Source: an uncultured Solirubrobacterales bacterium (GTDB lineage: Bacteria; Actinomycetota; Thermoleophilia; Solirubrobacterales; Solirubrobacteraceae). Taken from it: a stretch of 40,000 nucleotides of DNA. The notes below the pieces were generated by a model. The model was not told the origin of the DNA. It searched no databases and saw nothing but the letters and a program-made list of their open reading frames with translations. Position numbers and translations under genes: made by a program. Location of the stretch: the NCBI GenBank assembly GCA_963703395.1, contig OY969817.1, positions 1,673,702-1,713,701 of the forward strand. Reading direction: 5' to 3'. Shown piece after piece: positions 31,852 through 39,679 of this stretch; position 1 is the stretch's first letter, and every line of letters starts with the position of its first letter.

Positions 31852-32154
31852 GTGAGCGCCACCAAGGAGATCCGCCGCAAGTACGCGCTGACGAAGATCA
31901 AACGCGGGGACTACCTGTTGCCGAGTAACGACGGCCGTACGATCTGGAGGCTCTGCGCATACGAGGACGGCCCGAGCACGGGCATAACTGACTGGCCGGG
32001 GGATGTGACGTTCTGGGGCGTCTGGAAGTGGACAGGCGCCGGCGACACTGTCGATCCGCAGGATTGGGAGCCGTGGGAAATGATGGAGAGCATGTTGCCC
32101 ACGCGCGCTGAGGCTGTCCGAGCCGCGCTGAAGATGGGGGGCGGCGGTGGGTGA
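31852..32154 (+). CDS. hypothetical protein (100 aa)
   Basis: Starts 3 nt after the previous stop and is Trp-rich (WPGDVTFWGVWKWTG...DWEPWEMM). No motif was recognised. Confidence 0.55.
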   Translation: MSATKEIRRKYALTKIKRGDYLLPSNDGRTIWRLCAYEDGPSTGITDWPGDVTFWGVWKWTGAGDTVDPQDWEPWEMMESMLPTRAEAVRAALKMGGGGG

Positions 32155-33355
32155 GCTACCAGTCGAGGAGCGCGGGAGGATCTACGACATCCTGGTCGAG
32201 TTTTGCGGCGCCAGCGAGGATACGCGCGGAGACTTCCTCGCCTACATGGCCCAGCCCGTGAACGGCGGCCACGAGTTCCGCTTCTGCGGCTGGCTCGGCT
32301 TCGGCGGCAAGCTCTACAGCAATTCGCAGGGCGTCTACGTGGACTGCTACCCGGAGCACAAGTCGCAGCTTAGGTCGGTCGCGATCAAGGTGGCCAACGA
32401 ACGCATCGGCGCCGCTCTCGCCGCCCGCGAGCAGCCGACGCACTTCGAGTGGCCCGAGCGCTACGAGCGCGGCGACGAGCAGACCACCGCGTGTGGGCAA
32501 ACCTTGCGTGCCGGGATGCACACGAGCTACCGCAAAGAGGTCACGTGCGTCGCGTGCTTGCAGACCATGCTCGCCGCCCGTGAGGAGGACGACGGCGACC
32601 CGAGCCACACCCGCCAGGCGCAGTACGACGCGATCGTCAAATTGCAGGACGAACTCACCGTCGCCCGAGCACGTCGCGAGGTAGAGAAGCTACCGGGTGA
32701 GCGGTCGTGTCTTGTGCGGCTTGCGGGCGGTGATCGCAGCCAAAGCGAGCTTCAGGTGTTTGCTAGCGGCGTGCTGGAGGTGCTCGAAAAGTACGTCCCC
32801 CACCTCGGGGCCGCTGTCGCCTGCGACCTCGACGCGATGACTGTAGAGGTCGTCTTTACGCCCGACGAGGAGCTACCGGGTGACGGCCAACGGCCCCTGC
32901 TCCGCTGGTCCGACAGGGATGTCCGAGCAATGCTCGCCGCGGGCCGCGCCAGCAGCACCGCCCTGTCAAGCCTTATGGAGCGGGCGCAGGAAAAAGGCTA
33001 CGTGCGGGACACCGAGCGGGAGCACGAGCCCACAGAGGACGACGATAAGCCTGACGCAATCGAGCGCGCCGCGCGGACACTCTGCATGTACAAGACCGGC
33101 GACCCGCAGCGTGTCGGCGAGTTCCGACGGGAGGCCCGGCTTGCTGTTGAGGCGGCAGGCGTACCGTGGCAGCCAGACTACGCCGGGAAGCTGTTGCAGA
33201 CCCGCGCCGCAGATGCCGAGAGGCAGGCCGGGGTTCTCGCCAAGGCCCTCGACCAGTTCTTCAGAGGCCCTGATAGCTGGGCGACTCGCACGAATCTACA
33301 GAACCAAGTGAGGTCCACGTTGCGGGCCCTGGGCTACCCAAAGGAGGAGACGTGA
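32147..33355 (+). CDS. hypothetical protein (402 aa), largest early-operon product
   Basis: The GTG start overlaps the previous stop by 8 nt. A Cys-containing segment (TTACGQTL...VTCVACLQ) may be a zinc-ribbon-like element. No enzymatic motif was recognised. Confidence 0.7.
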   Translation: MGELPVEERGRIYDILVEFCGASEDTRGDFLAYMAQPVNGGHEFRFCGWLGFGGKLYSNSQGVYVDCYPEHKSQLRSVAIKVANERIGAALAAREQPTHFEWPERYERGDEQTTACGQTLRAGMHTSYRKEVTCVACLQTMLAAREEDDGDPSHTRQAQYDAIVKLQDELTVARARREVEKLPGERSCLVRLAGGDRSQSELQVFASGVLEVLEKYVPHLGAAVACDLDAMTVEVVFTPDEELPGDGQRPLLRWSDRDVRAMLAAGRASSTALSSLMERAQEKGYVRDTEREHEPTEDDDKPDAIERAARTLCMYKTGDPQRVGEFRREARLAVEAAGVPWQPDYAGKLLQTRAADAERQAGVLAKALDQFFRGPDSWATRTNLQNQVRSTLRALGYPKEET

Positions 33356-33825
33356 GCGCCCCCGTGTTGTCCGACGCGGAGTGCAAGGCGATGGAGAGCG
33401 TGCCTCTTCTCTTTGGCCAGAGCGAGCAGCTACGCGAAAGCACCTGGCTCGCTTGCCGTGAGTGGGCCGAGGAGCGCGCAGAGAGCCTCGGCGAGGATGA
33501 GTGGCATACGGACGGCGACGGGCGTGTGATCGGCGGGGCACCCCCGGATAGCGTGTTCGTTGCTCGGTGCGTTTACAGCGCAGCCTTGGGGAGGGAGCGG
33601 GCGCTACGAGAGGCGCTGGCGGAGCTTGTGCGGTTGCGCGACCTCAAGGCGAAGGAGCCGCTCGCGTACGCGGCAGGAGGCAGCATCGCGAAAGAACTCG
33701 CATGGCAAGCTGCTCGTGCGGCTCTCTCCTACACGCCCCCGAACGACAGAGAGGGCCCCCAGCCGAAGCTGAGGGCCCTCAGGGACCTACGCGACCACCG
33801 CACCACTCCCCCGGAGGGAAGCTAA
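33352..33825 (+). CDS. hypothetical protein (157 aa)
   Basis: GTGA overlap with the upstream gene. No motif was recognised. Confidence 0.6.
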   Translation: MSAPVLSDAECKAMESVPLLFGQSEQLRESTWLACREWAEERAESLGEDEWHTDGDGRVIGGAPPDSVFVARCVYSAALGRERALREALAELVRLRDLKAKEPLAYAAGGSIAKELAWQAARAALSYTPPNDREGPQPKLRALRDLRDHRTTPPEGS

Positions 33826-34344
33826 GCCCCGCCAGAGCAGCCGAAAGCCGGTCGGCGGGGAAAAATGGAAGCGAGCTAAGGGCCAGGGACCCTCACCCGC
33901 CGCGGGGAGTCTATACGGCGCCCCGGATAGCGGGCGGGGCGCGAGACCCACCCCGACCCACACGGGTCCGACTCCCTCAGCGAGGAACCCGATCTGGCGC
34001 GCTGTCGCTTCGGTGAGATCGTATTCGCGGCCTTCCACGTAGGGGCCGCGGTCGATGACCGTTACGTTCGCGCATGGGCCACGCGGGGTCATGCAGACAC
34101 GAACCGGCGTGCCGCACGGCAGTGTCTTGTTGGCGACGCCCATCGTGCTCCCGGTCAACGGGCCGCCGCAGGCTAGTTCGCCGCCGGAATCCCGAGGTCC
34201 GTACCAGCTCGCGGTTGTTTCGTGCAAAGGTGGGGTATCATGCGTGCACCCCCTCTGTTTGCCTCGGCGGCAGAGATGCGCGGCCCTCTTCGGAGGGCCG
34301 TTGCGGTTCGTGGGTGCTACGCAGCGGCAGCCCCGGGCGTCCAC
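33787..34344 (-). CDS. RlpA-like double-psi beta-barrel (DPBB) protein, secreted; start unresolved
   Basis: DPBB pattern TTASWYGPRDSGGELACGGPLTGSTMGVANKTLPCGTPVRVCMTPRGPCANVTVIDRGPYVEGREYDLTEATARQIGF. The same frame stays open upstream to 34455 and encodes a signal-peptide-like ALRSLLVSLTLAFALAAPTPPGVDA, but without any ATG, GTG or TTG codon (see findings). Confidence 0.7.
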   Translation of the reverse strand: MDARGCRCVAPTNRNGPPKRAAHLCRRGKQRGCTHDTPPLHETTASWYGPRDSGGELACGGPLTGSTMGVANKTLPCGTPVRVCMTPRGPCANVTVIDRGPYVEGREYDLTEATARQIGFLAEGVGPVWVGVGLAPRPLSGAPYRLPAAGEGPWPLARFHFSPPTGFRLLWRGLASLRGSGAVVA

Positions 34345-34505
34345 CCCGGGTGGAGTAGGCGCCGCCAGAGCAAACGCCAGCGTGAGCGAGACGAGTAGAG
34401 AGCGCAGTGCATTGAGACCTCCTATCCGGGTCGGCTCGGGCGCTGCCCGGCCAGGTCACGCCCCACTCGGGCGTCATCCGCCAGATGGCGGGGTAAGATT
34501 CCGGC

Positions 34506-34715
34506 ATGATGGATTCGCGGATCGACCGTGCGGCGCAAGCGCTTCTCAACCACGACACCGAGAGGCGCGCAGGAGCGAACCCCCCGCACATAGTTGACGT
34601 CCTCGACGCGGACGCATACCGCGAGGTCGCAGTCAAGATGCTCTCCGCCGCCGACGATGAGTACTTCGAGTTCCCTCAACGGCGAAGTCAGCGCGCCCAG
34701 CTCCGCGCCGTCTAA
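34506..34715 (+). CDS. hypothetical protein (69 aa)
   Basis: ORF only, with no motif. It ends 3 nt before the tRNA-like element. Confidence 0.4.
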   Translation: MMDSRIDRAAQALLNHDTERRAGANPPHIVDVLDADAYREVAVKMLSAADDEYFEFPQRRSQRAQLRAV

Positions 34716-34718
34716 CCT

Positions 34719-34804
34719 GGAGAGCACCCGGCAGGATCAGGAGCAGCCCCGCTAAGGCTGTAGACGCTCTCGGGCGTTTGTGGGTTCGAGTCCCACGCTC
34801 TCCG
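34719..34804 (+). tRNA. tRNA-like element, class II (long variable arm), Ser(GCU)-like, non-canonical
   Basis: GGAGAGC [18 nt] CAGCC CCGCTAA GGCTG [19-nt variable arm with ACGC/GCGT stem] GTGGG TTCGAGT CCCAC GCTCTCC G. The 7-bp acceptor, 5-bp anticodon stem and 5-bp T stem are perfect. However, position 8 is A, position 33 is C, and the D stem is weak. Confidence 0.45.
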
Positions 34805-35231
34805 CTTCACTACGCGGCGAGGGCCGTGGCGTGTCCGGCATCGGGGCTTTGGCCTCCACGTACATCGCGCCGAGCATGTAACGCATCTCTAGTCGCGCGC
34901 GTCGCTCATCTTCCCCGTCGTTCGCCCACGCCCTCAGGTACCTGTCGAACGCCTGGAGGTAGAGTTTCTGCGCCGGGGAAAGCGGCGGTTCCTGCGGGCC
35001 CGCGGGACGTGGGACCCCTGGGTTAGCGAGGGCGTGTGCGATCTCCTGCGACTCGATTCGCCTGCCATGCCGGGTGGGCAATCCGAGCTTGCCGCGAGCA
35101 CGGCTCAGCAAGACGTTGACGTTCCCTTTCTTGGTTCCCCGGGCCTTCGCGATCTCGCTGCGGGTATGGCCCGTTGCGAAGAGACGCGCGACCTCGCGCT
35201 CCGCGGGGGTGAGCTCGCGCAGCTTGTCCAC
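34752..35231 (-). CDS. LuxR/GerE-type HTH protein
   Basis: N-terminal LTPAEREVARLFATGHTRSEIAKARGTKKGNVNVLLSRARGKLGL. The GTG start lies 4 nt after the upstream HNH gene stop. The last ~17 codons are antisense to the tRNA-like element. Confidence 0.65.
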   Translation of the reverse strand: MDKLRELTPAEREVARLFATGHTRSEIAKARGTKKGNVNVLLSRARGKLGLPTRHGRRIESQEIAHALANPGVPRPAGPQEPPLSPAQKLYLQAFDRYLRAWANDGEDERRARLEMRYMLGAMYVEAKAPMPDTPRPSPRSEAESVGLEPTNARERLQP

Positions 35232-35234
35232 GGC

Positions 35235-35738
35235 CTATGCGGCTGCTGGCGTTACGTCTTCCATGGCGGCAGGACCGTCGGGGTGCGGGTCTCCGTTCGC
35301 CAACAGCGCCGTATGCGCCACAGGCACGGGGTGCTGCTCGATGAACATGAACTCGTCTCCTTGGTACCTTTGCAAAAGCCACGCAGGGTATGTTATCTCA
35401 TGGATACCCTCATACTTCGCGCGGTGATGCGTGGCACACAAAACCAACATATTATGCTCCCCGTCTACCCATTCCGCGAGTTTTTGGCGGTCTGTGAGGT
35501 CGGGGAAGTCGGCCTCAACCCTGGCGAGGTCGAGCCCGAACTGTGACGCCCACTCGAAGCGGTAGTGGTGGGTCTCAAGCGCCCCCCCTGTGGAGTGGCG
35601 GATACCGCAGATCCAGCATGGTGCGTCCATCTCGTACACGAGGTGATGGTGCGTTTGGACATAGATTGCGCTCTCTGTGCGCGGCGGGTGTGGCGGATAA
35701 CTGACTAGCTCATCGAGCTGGCGCTTAAGGGTAGACAC
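35235..35738 (-). CDS. HNH/His-Me finger nuclease-like protein
   Basis: CWICG...ETHH...EHNMLVLCATHH spacing is typical of HNH motifs. 167 aa. Confidence 0.6.
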   Translation of the reverse strand: MSTLKRQLDELVSYPPHPPRTESAIYVQTHHHLVYEMDAPCWICGIRHSTGGALETHHYRFEWASQFGLDLARVEADFPDLTDRQKLAEWVDGEHNMLVLCATHHRAKYEGIHEITYPAWLLQRYQGDEFMFIEQHPVPVAHTALLANGDPHPDGPAAMEDVTPAAA

Positions 35739-35776
35739 TTGCCTTCCGCCTTTCTATCTGGTATCGTTGAGGCTCA

Positions 35777-36331
35777 ATGCGACAATGTTCGATCCCGGGA
35801 TGTGAAAAACCGTACCGAGCGAGAGGGTGGTGCATTGTCCACTGGAAGCATTGGCGCAAATACGGCGACCCGCTCATGGTCCGAGTCGCCGGCAAGGGAT
35901 GCCTTGTAGACGGGTGCGACGCGCCGCACTCATCCCACGGCTACTGCGGGAAGCATTACCTGCGATGGAAGAAGTACGGCGATACCGACGCGATCGGCAA
36001 GTCAGGCCGCAAGCCCACACCGCTAGCGAGCAAGATCAACCTCAACGGCCTGATGCCGAGCGATCCCACGCTGGGGCGATGCCACGAATGGACTGCGTGT
36101 ATCGACCGCAAAGGCTATGGTTCCGTTCGTAGCCCAATCGACAGCGTAAGTCATCCCGCGCATCGCGTGCTATGGGAACTAACGCATGGCCCGCTACCCG
36201 CCGGATACGATCTTCACCACCGCTGTGAAAACAAAGCGTGCGTCAACGTGGGCCACCTTGAACTACTACTGCACGGCGTGCACTCATCCCTGCACAGGCG
36301 CCTAGCGCAAACATCCAGTCATCCAGGGTAA
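35777..36331 (+). CDS. HNH endonuclease (phage type)
   Basis: Two N-terminal Cys-rich repeats (CSIPGCEKPYRARGWCIVHWKHWRKYG and CLVDGCDAPHSSHGYCGKHYLRWKKYG). The HNH_3-like core reads GYGSV....HRVLWELTHGPLPAGYDLHHRCENKACVNVGHLE. Confidence 0.85.
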   Translation: MRQCSIPGCEKPYRARGWCIVHWKHWRKYGDPLMVRVAGKGCLVDGCDAPHSSHGYCGKHYLRWKKYGDTDAIGKSGRKPTPLASKINLNGLMPSDPTLGRCHEWTACIDRKGYGSVRSPIDSVSHPAHRVLWELTHGPLPAGYDLHHRCENKACVNVGHLELLLHGVHSSLHRRLAQTSSHPG

Positions 36332-36352
36332 ACGTCTGGAGAGTGGACGCGC

Positions 36353-36556
36353 TCATGTCGTTTTCTCCGTAAGCGGGACGGTCACCGACTCCCCATAGTG
36401 GTTCTCGCCGTCGCTGACACTCAACGACAACCACTGGCCAACAGGGGCCGCGCGGCCTTCGAAGACCCCAACTTCGACAGTCTCCACCCCATTCGCTTTC
36501 GCCGCCGCGGCCAAGCGCTCCAGTTCACTGGTTGGGATGCTTCCCTGGAGGCTCAT
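36353..36556 (-). CDS. hypothetical protein (67 aa)
   Basis: Last ORF of the minus-strand lysis operon. No motif was recognised. Confidence 0.45.
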   Translation of the reverse strand: MSLQGSIPTSELERLAAAAKANGVETVEVGVFEGRAAPVGQWLSLSVSDGENHYGESVTVPLTEKTT

Positions 36557-36577
36557 CGGTCAATCACATCCTTTCGG

Positions 36578-37330
36578 TCAGCGCTCTGTGTAAACACCGG
36601 CTTCGCCGCCTTCCTTGAGGAGCTGGTCGAGTGTCGCCACCGGCAGCCATACGACCGAAACATCCGCTGAGGGGTAGGCGAGTCCCCAGCTCTGCTCCCA
36701 CGGGACCGCCTCCGCACCCGGCCGGCCAAGCGCCGCGAGAACTTCCTCGACGCTCGTCGCCCACCGGATAGCACCGATCCCGTCCAGTGGCAACGGTGCC
36801 GCGTCCCCCGTATCGCGGGTGCAGACTCCCTGCCCGGTCTGCTGACGGTGTCCTCTGGCGAGTAGCACCTGTGCGCCCGAGTGGACCGTTGAGCCTTCAC
36901 CGCTCGGGTAGGTCCCTTCCAGACACCTAGCTTCGTCGTATAGCCATAGCGCGTCGAACAGCTTTGCTTCACCGCCAGCTTCCATGCCCTTGTGGATCGT
37001 GATCGCTCGGCTATTACCGAACCCGACGCACGCCGGTTCTTCGAGCTGGTTGTAGAAGACCTGCGCGACACGCCGGTTGCACTTCACGGCGCCCATCGGC
37101 TCCAAACAGAAGCAGTGGCCTCCACGGATTGTGCCGAGGTCTTCACCCTTCGCTACATCCGGCAGGTGCCACGAGCCATCCAGGAGCTGCTTGGGGGTGT
37201 CGAACGCGCTCCACCAGTTCACGCCCACCACCACCGGCACATCCGTTGGTACTCCCGCTGGCGCGGCCGACAGCGGTTTCGCGGCGACGTGCGGTTTCTC
37301 CGTGGGGATAATGCAGCCGAGGGGTCCCAT
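36578..37330 (-). CDS. papain-like cysteine peptidase candidate (possible second lysin)
   Basis: The motif order resembles C1 peptidases: Cys region EPACVGFGNS, His region STVHSGAQVLLARGH, then PWEQSWG (compare NSWG). The start ATG overlaps the holin stop by 1 nt. Confidence 0.5.
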   Translation of the reverse strand: MGPLGCIIPTEKPHVAAKPLSAAPAGVPTDVPVVVGVNWWSAFDTPKQLLDGSWHLPDVAKGEDLGTIRGGHCFCLEPMGAVKCNRRVAQVFYNQLEEPACVGFGNSRAITIHKGMEAGGEAKLFDALWLYDEARCLEGTYPSGEGSTVHSGAQVLLARGHRQQTGQGVCTRDTGDAAPLPLDGIGAIRWATSVEEVLAALGRPGAEAVPWEQSWGLAYPSADVSVVWLPVATLDQLLKEGGEAGVYTER

Positions 37331-37536
37331 CAGCGGCTCACGTCCCTCTTGGTGCCCACAGACAAGCCGTGGTGGATGATGCTATTGGCGAGCACGAAGA
37401 TCGCCGCGATAGCACCGACGATCGTGGACTCCAGGGTGGTGGCCTGTTCGACACCGATGATGCCCAGGGCGACGACGGTGTTGCCGATGCCGACGATGAG
37501 CGCGGCGATCGCGGCCTGCAATGAGCTGAGTGGCAT
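37330..37536 (-). CDS. holin-like small membrane protein (68 aa, 2 TM)
   Basis: AAIAALIVGIGNTVVALGIIGV and TIVGAIAAIFVLANSII are followed by a charged C-terminus. A strong SD aaggag lies 6 nt upstream (37543-37548, minus strand). It sits between lysin genes. Confidence 0.6.
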   Translation of the reverse strand: MPLSSLQAAIAALIVGIGNTVVALGIIGVEQATTLESTIVGAIAAIFVLANSIIHHGLSVGTKRDVSR

Positions 37537-37551
37537 TTCCTTCTCCTTTGG

Positions 37552-37719
37552 TTAGGCCGCGAGGGTTTCCGGGCGGCGGACAGTGGCGTATTCACGCGGC
37601 GGCACAACGGGCTCGCCTGCGTCCAACTTGACGGTGGGGAACGGGAGGACCGCGCGCAGCTTGCCTTCGTCATGTATGACCTGGACGAGCTTCACGCCAT
37701 CGGGTAGCCACGCGCGCAT
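37552..37719 (-). CDS. small ORF (55 aa), translationally coupled to the muramidase gene
   Basis: Not in the ORF track because it is under 60 aa. The ATG at 37717-37719 shares one base with the TGA of the upstream gene. It encodes MRAWLPDGVKLVQVIHDEGKLRAVLPFPTVKLDAGEPVVPPREYATVRRPETLAA. Confidence 0.4.
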   Translation of the reverse strand: MRAWLPDGVKLVQVIHDEGKLRAVLPFPTVKLDAGEPVVPPREYATVRRPETLAA

Positions 37720-38735
37720 CACGCCCCCAGTCGTCGTATGTCGAGGTACAGGCGATGCTCAAGCCGTCGGAGCGCCGAGCACTTCGGCCCCGTGCTGTTA
37801 CCCCGGCACCCGTCGAGGTGGTAGCGGTGAAGGACCGCGCGCCTCGCGATCGTCCAGTGGGCGATGAGACGCCGCTTCTCAGCGGGCGACAGCGGCCGGG
37901 GCTTCGGTTTGGGGTGCGCGAGCGCGAGCAGCCCGCGGTCTTCATCGCGGTCCACTTCCCCCGGGAACCCCGCCAGAAGGCACACGCCGCACCACTGCCG
38001 GATCTTGACCGAGCTTGCCGGGTACCCGGGCAGCGGGTATGCGGGGCCCACACCCCACTCCGCAGGGTACGCGTAGCCTGTGCAGCGACCGCCCGCATAC
38101 GTCCCGGGCGACCCATACACGCCGACGATGTACGCCACCCGGTGTGCCTGCGAGGTGAACGAGCACGCCTGCGGGTACGCCGAGGGGTGCTCCGCGTCAC
38201 CCCACACCCCGAGCGTGCGCCCCAAGCCAGCGGACATCGAGAGCGCCGTGTCCGCCTGCTGCGCGCCGGAGAACCCCTCCAGGTACGCGTAGACCCCCCA
38301 CGGGACCCCAGCCCGCCTAGCGGCAGCGACCTGCGCGCGGAACAGCTGGTTCGGGAGCGTCCCGTCGTTGGTTTGGATGACGACGCACCGCACCCGGGCA
38401 GCCCTGAAGTCAGGGACGCCCTGGTAGACGCTGATATCGACGCAGGGTGCCCCGCGCACACCGAACGTCGCCCCGAGCTTCGGCACGGCAGGCTTGACGC
38501 CCTGCGCTTCCAGTTCCTCCTTGATGCATTCTCCGGCTTCCGCAGGGACCCGCTGACGACACACGAACGGCCGAACTCCAAGATTTGGATGTCTTTGGAG
38601 ATGGTTTGGAGTTGAGGTGGTCGCCACCGCGGGGGGCACAGGAGGAGAGGGAGGAATACCTGCGCCACACCCCGCGGCGACGAGGGTTGGGCACGCCGCG
38701 ACCAGCGCACAAGCTATGAGCAGGACGCGGCGCAT
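37719..38735 (-). CDS. GH25-family muramidase (lysozyme) with lipoprotein signal peptide
   Basis: Start at ATG 38733-38735 gives MRRVLLIACALVAACPTLVAAGC (lipobox LVAAGC). GH25 motifs are present: VDISVYQGVPDF, VVIQTNDG, GVYAYL and LGVWGDAEHP. A ~90-aa basic C-terminal extension follows. Confidence 0.75.
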   Translation of the reverse strand: MRRVLLIACALVAACPTLVAAGCGAGIPPSPPVPPAVATTSTPNHLQRHPNLGVRPFVCRQRVPAEAGECIKEELEAQGVKPAVPKLGATFGVRGAPCVDISVYQGVPDFRAARVRCVVIQTNDGTLPNQLFRAQVAAARRAGVPWGVYAYLEGFSGAQQADTALSMSAGLGRTLGVWGDAEHPSAYPQACSFTSQAHRVAYIVGVYGSPGTYAGGRCTGYAYPAEWGVGPAYPLPGYPASSVKIRQWCGVCLLAGFPGEVDRDEDRGLLALAHPKPKPRPLSPAEKRRLIAHWTIARRAVLHRYHLDGCRGNSTGPKCSALRRLEHRLYLDIRRLGA

Positions 38736-38739
38736 CGGC

Positions 38740-39042
38740 TCAGGCTTCCGGAGCGGGTTCTGGTTTGAGCGGCTGGAGGCTCCCCAGCGCCTGGACGGCA
38801 GCATCGAGCGGTAGGACCGCCGTCTTGAGTGCCGACAGGTCGATGCTTGGGTTCGCGGCGGCGAGACTGTCGATCTCTGCCTGGAGGGTGCCCAGGACCG
38901 TTGTGAGGTCCGTGGCGACCTTCTGCACTTCGGTAGTGATCGCGTCAACTTCCTGCTGGTTAGCCATTTGTTGCCTTTCGAGTCGTTTGATTGCTTGCCA
39001 TATCTCGCGGTCGCGAGAACGACGGTTGGAGAAGAGGGTCAT
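38740..39042 (-). CDS. hypothetical coiled-coil protein (100 aa)
   Basis: Heptad-like region EVDAITTEVQKVATDLTTVLGTLQAEIDSLAAA. ATGA overlap with the upstream gene. Confidence 0.5.
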   Translation of the reverse strand: MTLFSNRRSRDREIWQAIKRLERQQMANQQEVDAITTEVQKVATDLTTVLGTLQAEIDSLAAANPSIDLSALKTAVLPLDAAVQALGSLQPLKPEPAPEA

Positions 39043-39362
39043 GTCGAGTCCTTCGTGCGGTCAAGGTGCAGGGTGGTATCGGGCCGGAGTGGTTCCCCGG
39101 CCGGCAGCTCGAAATGCGGGTGCGGTTCGGGCTCACCTACGTGCTTGCGGTACAAGCCCGCGAGATGACGGGCGGCCCATTCATTGTGAGCGACGTGCTT
39201 TGCCCACTCCGCTTTGATCTTCCGCCCGACGAACACGCCGAGGAGACCGGCGACGAACCCCCACAAGATGGACGATCCGAGATTCGTGCCTATGCCCGAT
39301 CCGAAGAAGTAGTTGAACGGATCGGGCTCCAAGAAGCTGCCACCCCAGATAGCGAATATCAC
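39039..39362 (-). CDS. hypothetical membrane protein (107 aa)
   Basis: One clear TM segment (SSILWGFVAGLLGVFVG). It is the first gene of the minus-strand lysis operon within the window. Confidence 0.5.
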   Translation of the reverse strand: MIFAIWGGSFLEPDPFNYFFGSGIGTNLGSSILWGFVAGLLGVFVGRKIKAEWAKHVAHNEWAARHLAGLYRKHVGEPEPHPHFELPAGEPLRPDTTLHLDRTKDST

Positions 39363-39390
39363 GTCCCCTCACTCCTCTACACTTTGTGCT

Positions 39391-39678
39391 ATGTCCGTTC
39401 TCACCTACGCAGTCCTGATCGAGGTAGCACCCGGCGTTCTACGCCCCGCGATTGCCTGCACACCCGCCAACCTCGCACAAGCCCGCGCGCTCGAAGCACG
39501 CCGTGAAGGGCTGCAAGTCGAGATCCAGCATCTCATCGAAGAGGCGTACCAGTACGACCTGCCGGTCCCGCAGGAGCTCCGTGACATGATCGTCGAGGAG
39601 TGGGACGGACGGGACGTGCCACGCCTCGAAGCACTCCGGGACGCGCTCCGCGACCGTCTCGCAGCGCAGCCCGTCTGA
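39391..39678 (+). CDS. hypothetical protein (95 aa)
   Basis: ATG at 39391 (MSVLTYAVLIEVAPG...). The longer ORF from 39313 overlaps the divergent gene. No motif was recognised. Confidence 0.45.
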   Translation: MSVLTYAVLIEVAPGVLRPAIACTPANLAQARALEARREGLQVEIQHLIEEAYQYDLPVPQELRDMIVEEWDGRDVPRLEALRDALRDRLAAQPV

Positions 39679-39679
39679 G

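Noticed and set aside
33826-33860. ccccgcc...ggcgggg stem after the stop of 33352-33825, considered as an intrinsic terminator
   Set aside because: The loop is ~20 nt and it is followed by A5 rather than a T tract on the relevant strand. It also lies inside the convergent RlpA-like ORF, so support is too weak to annotate.
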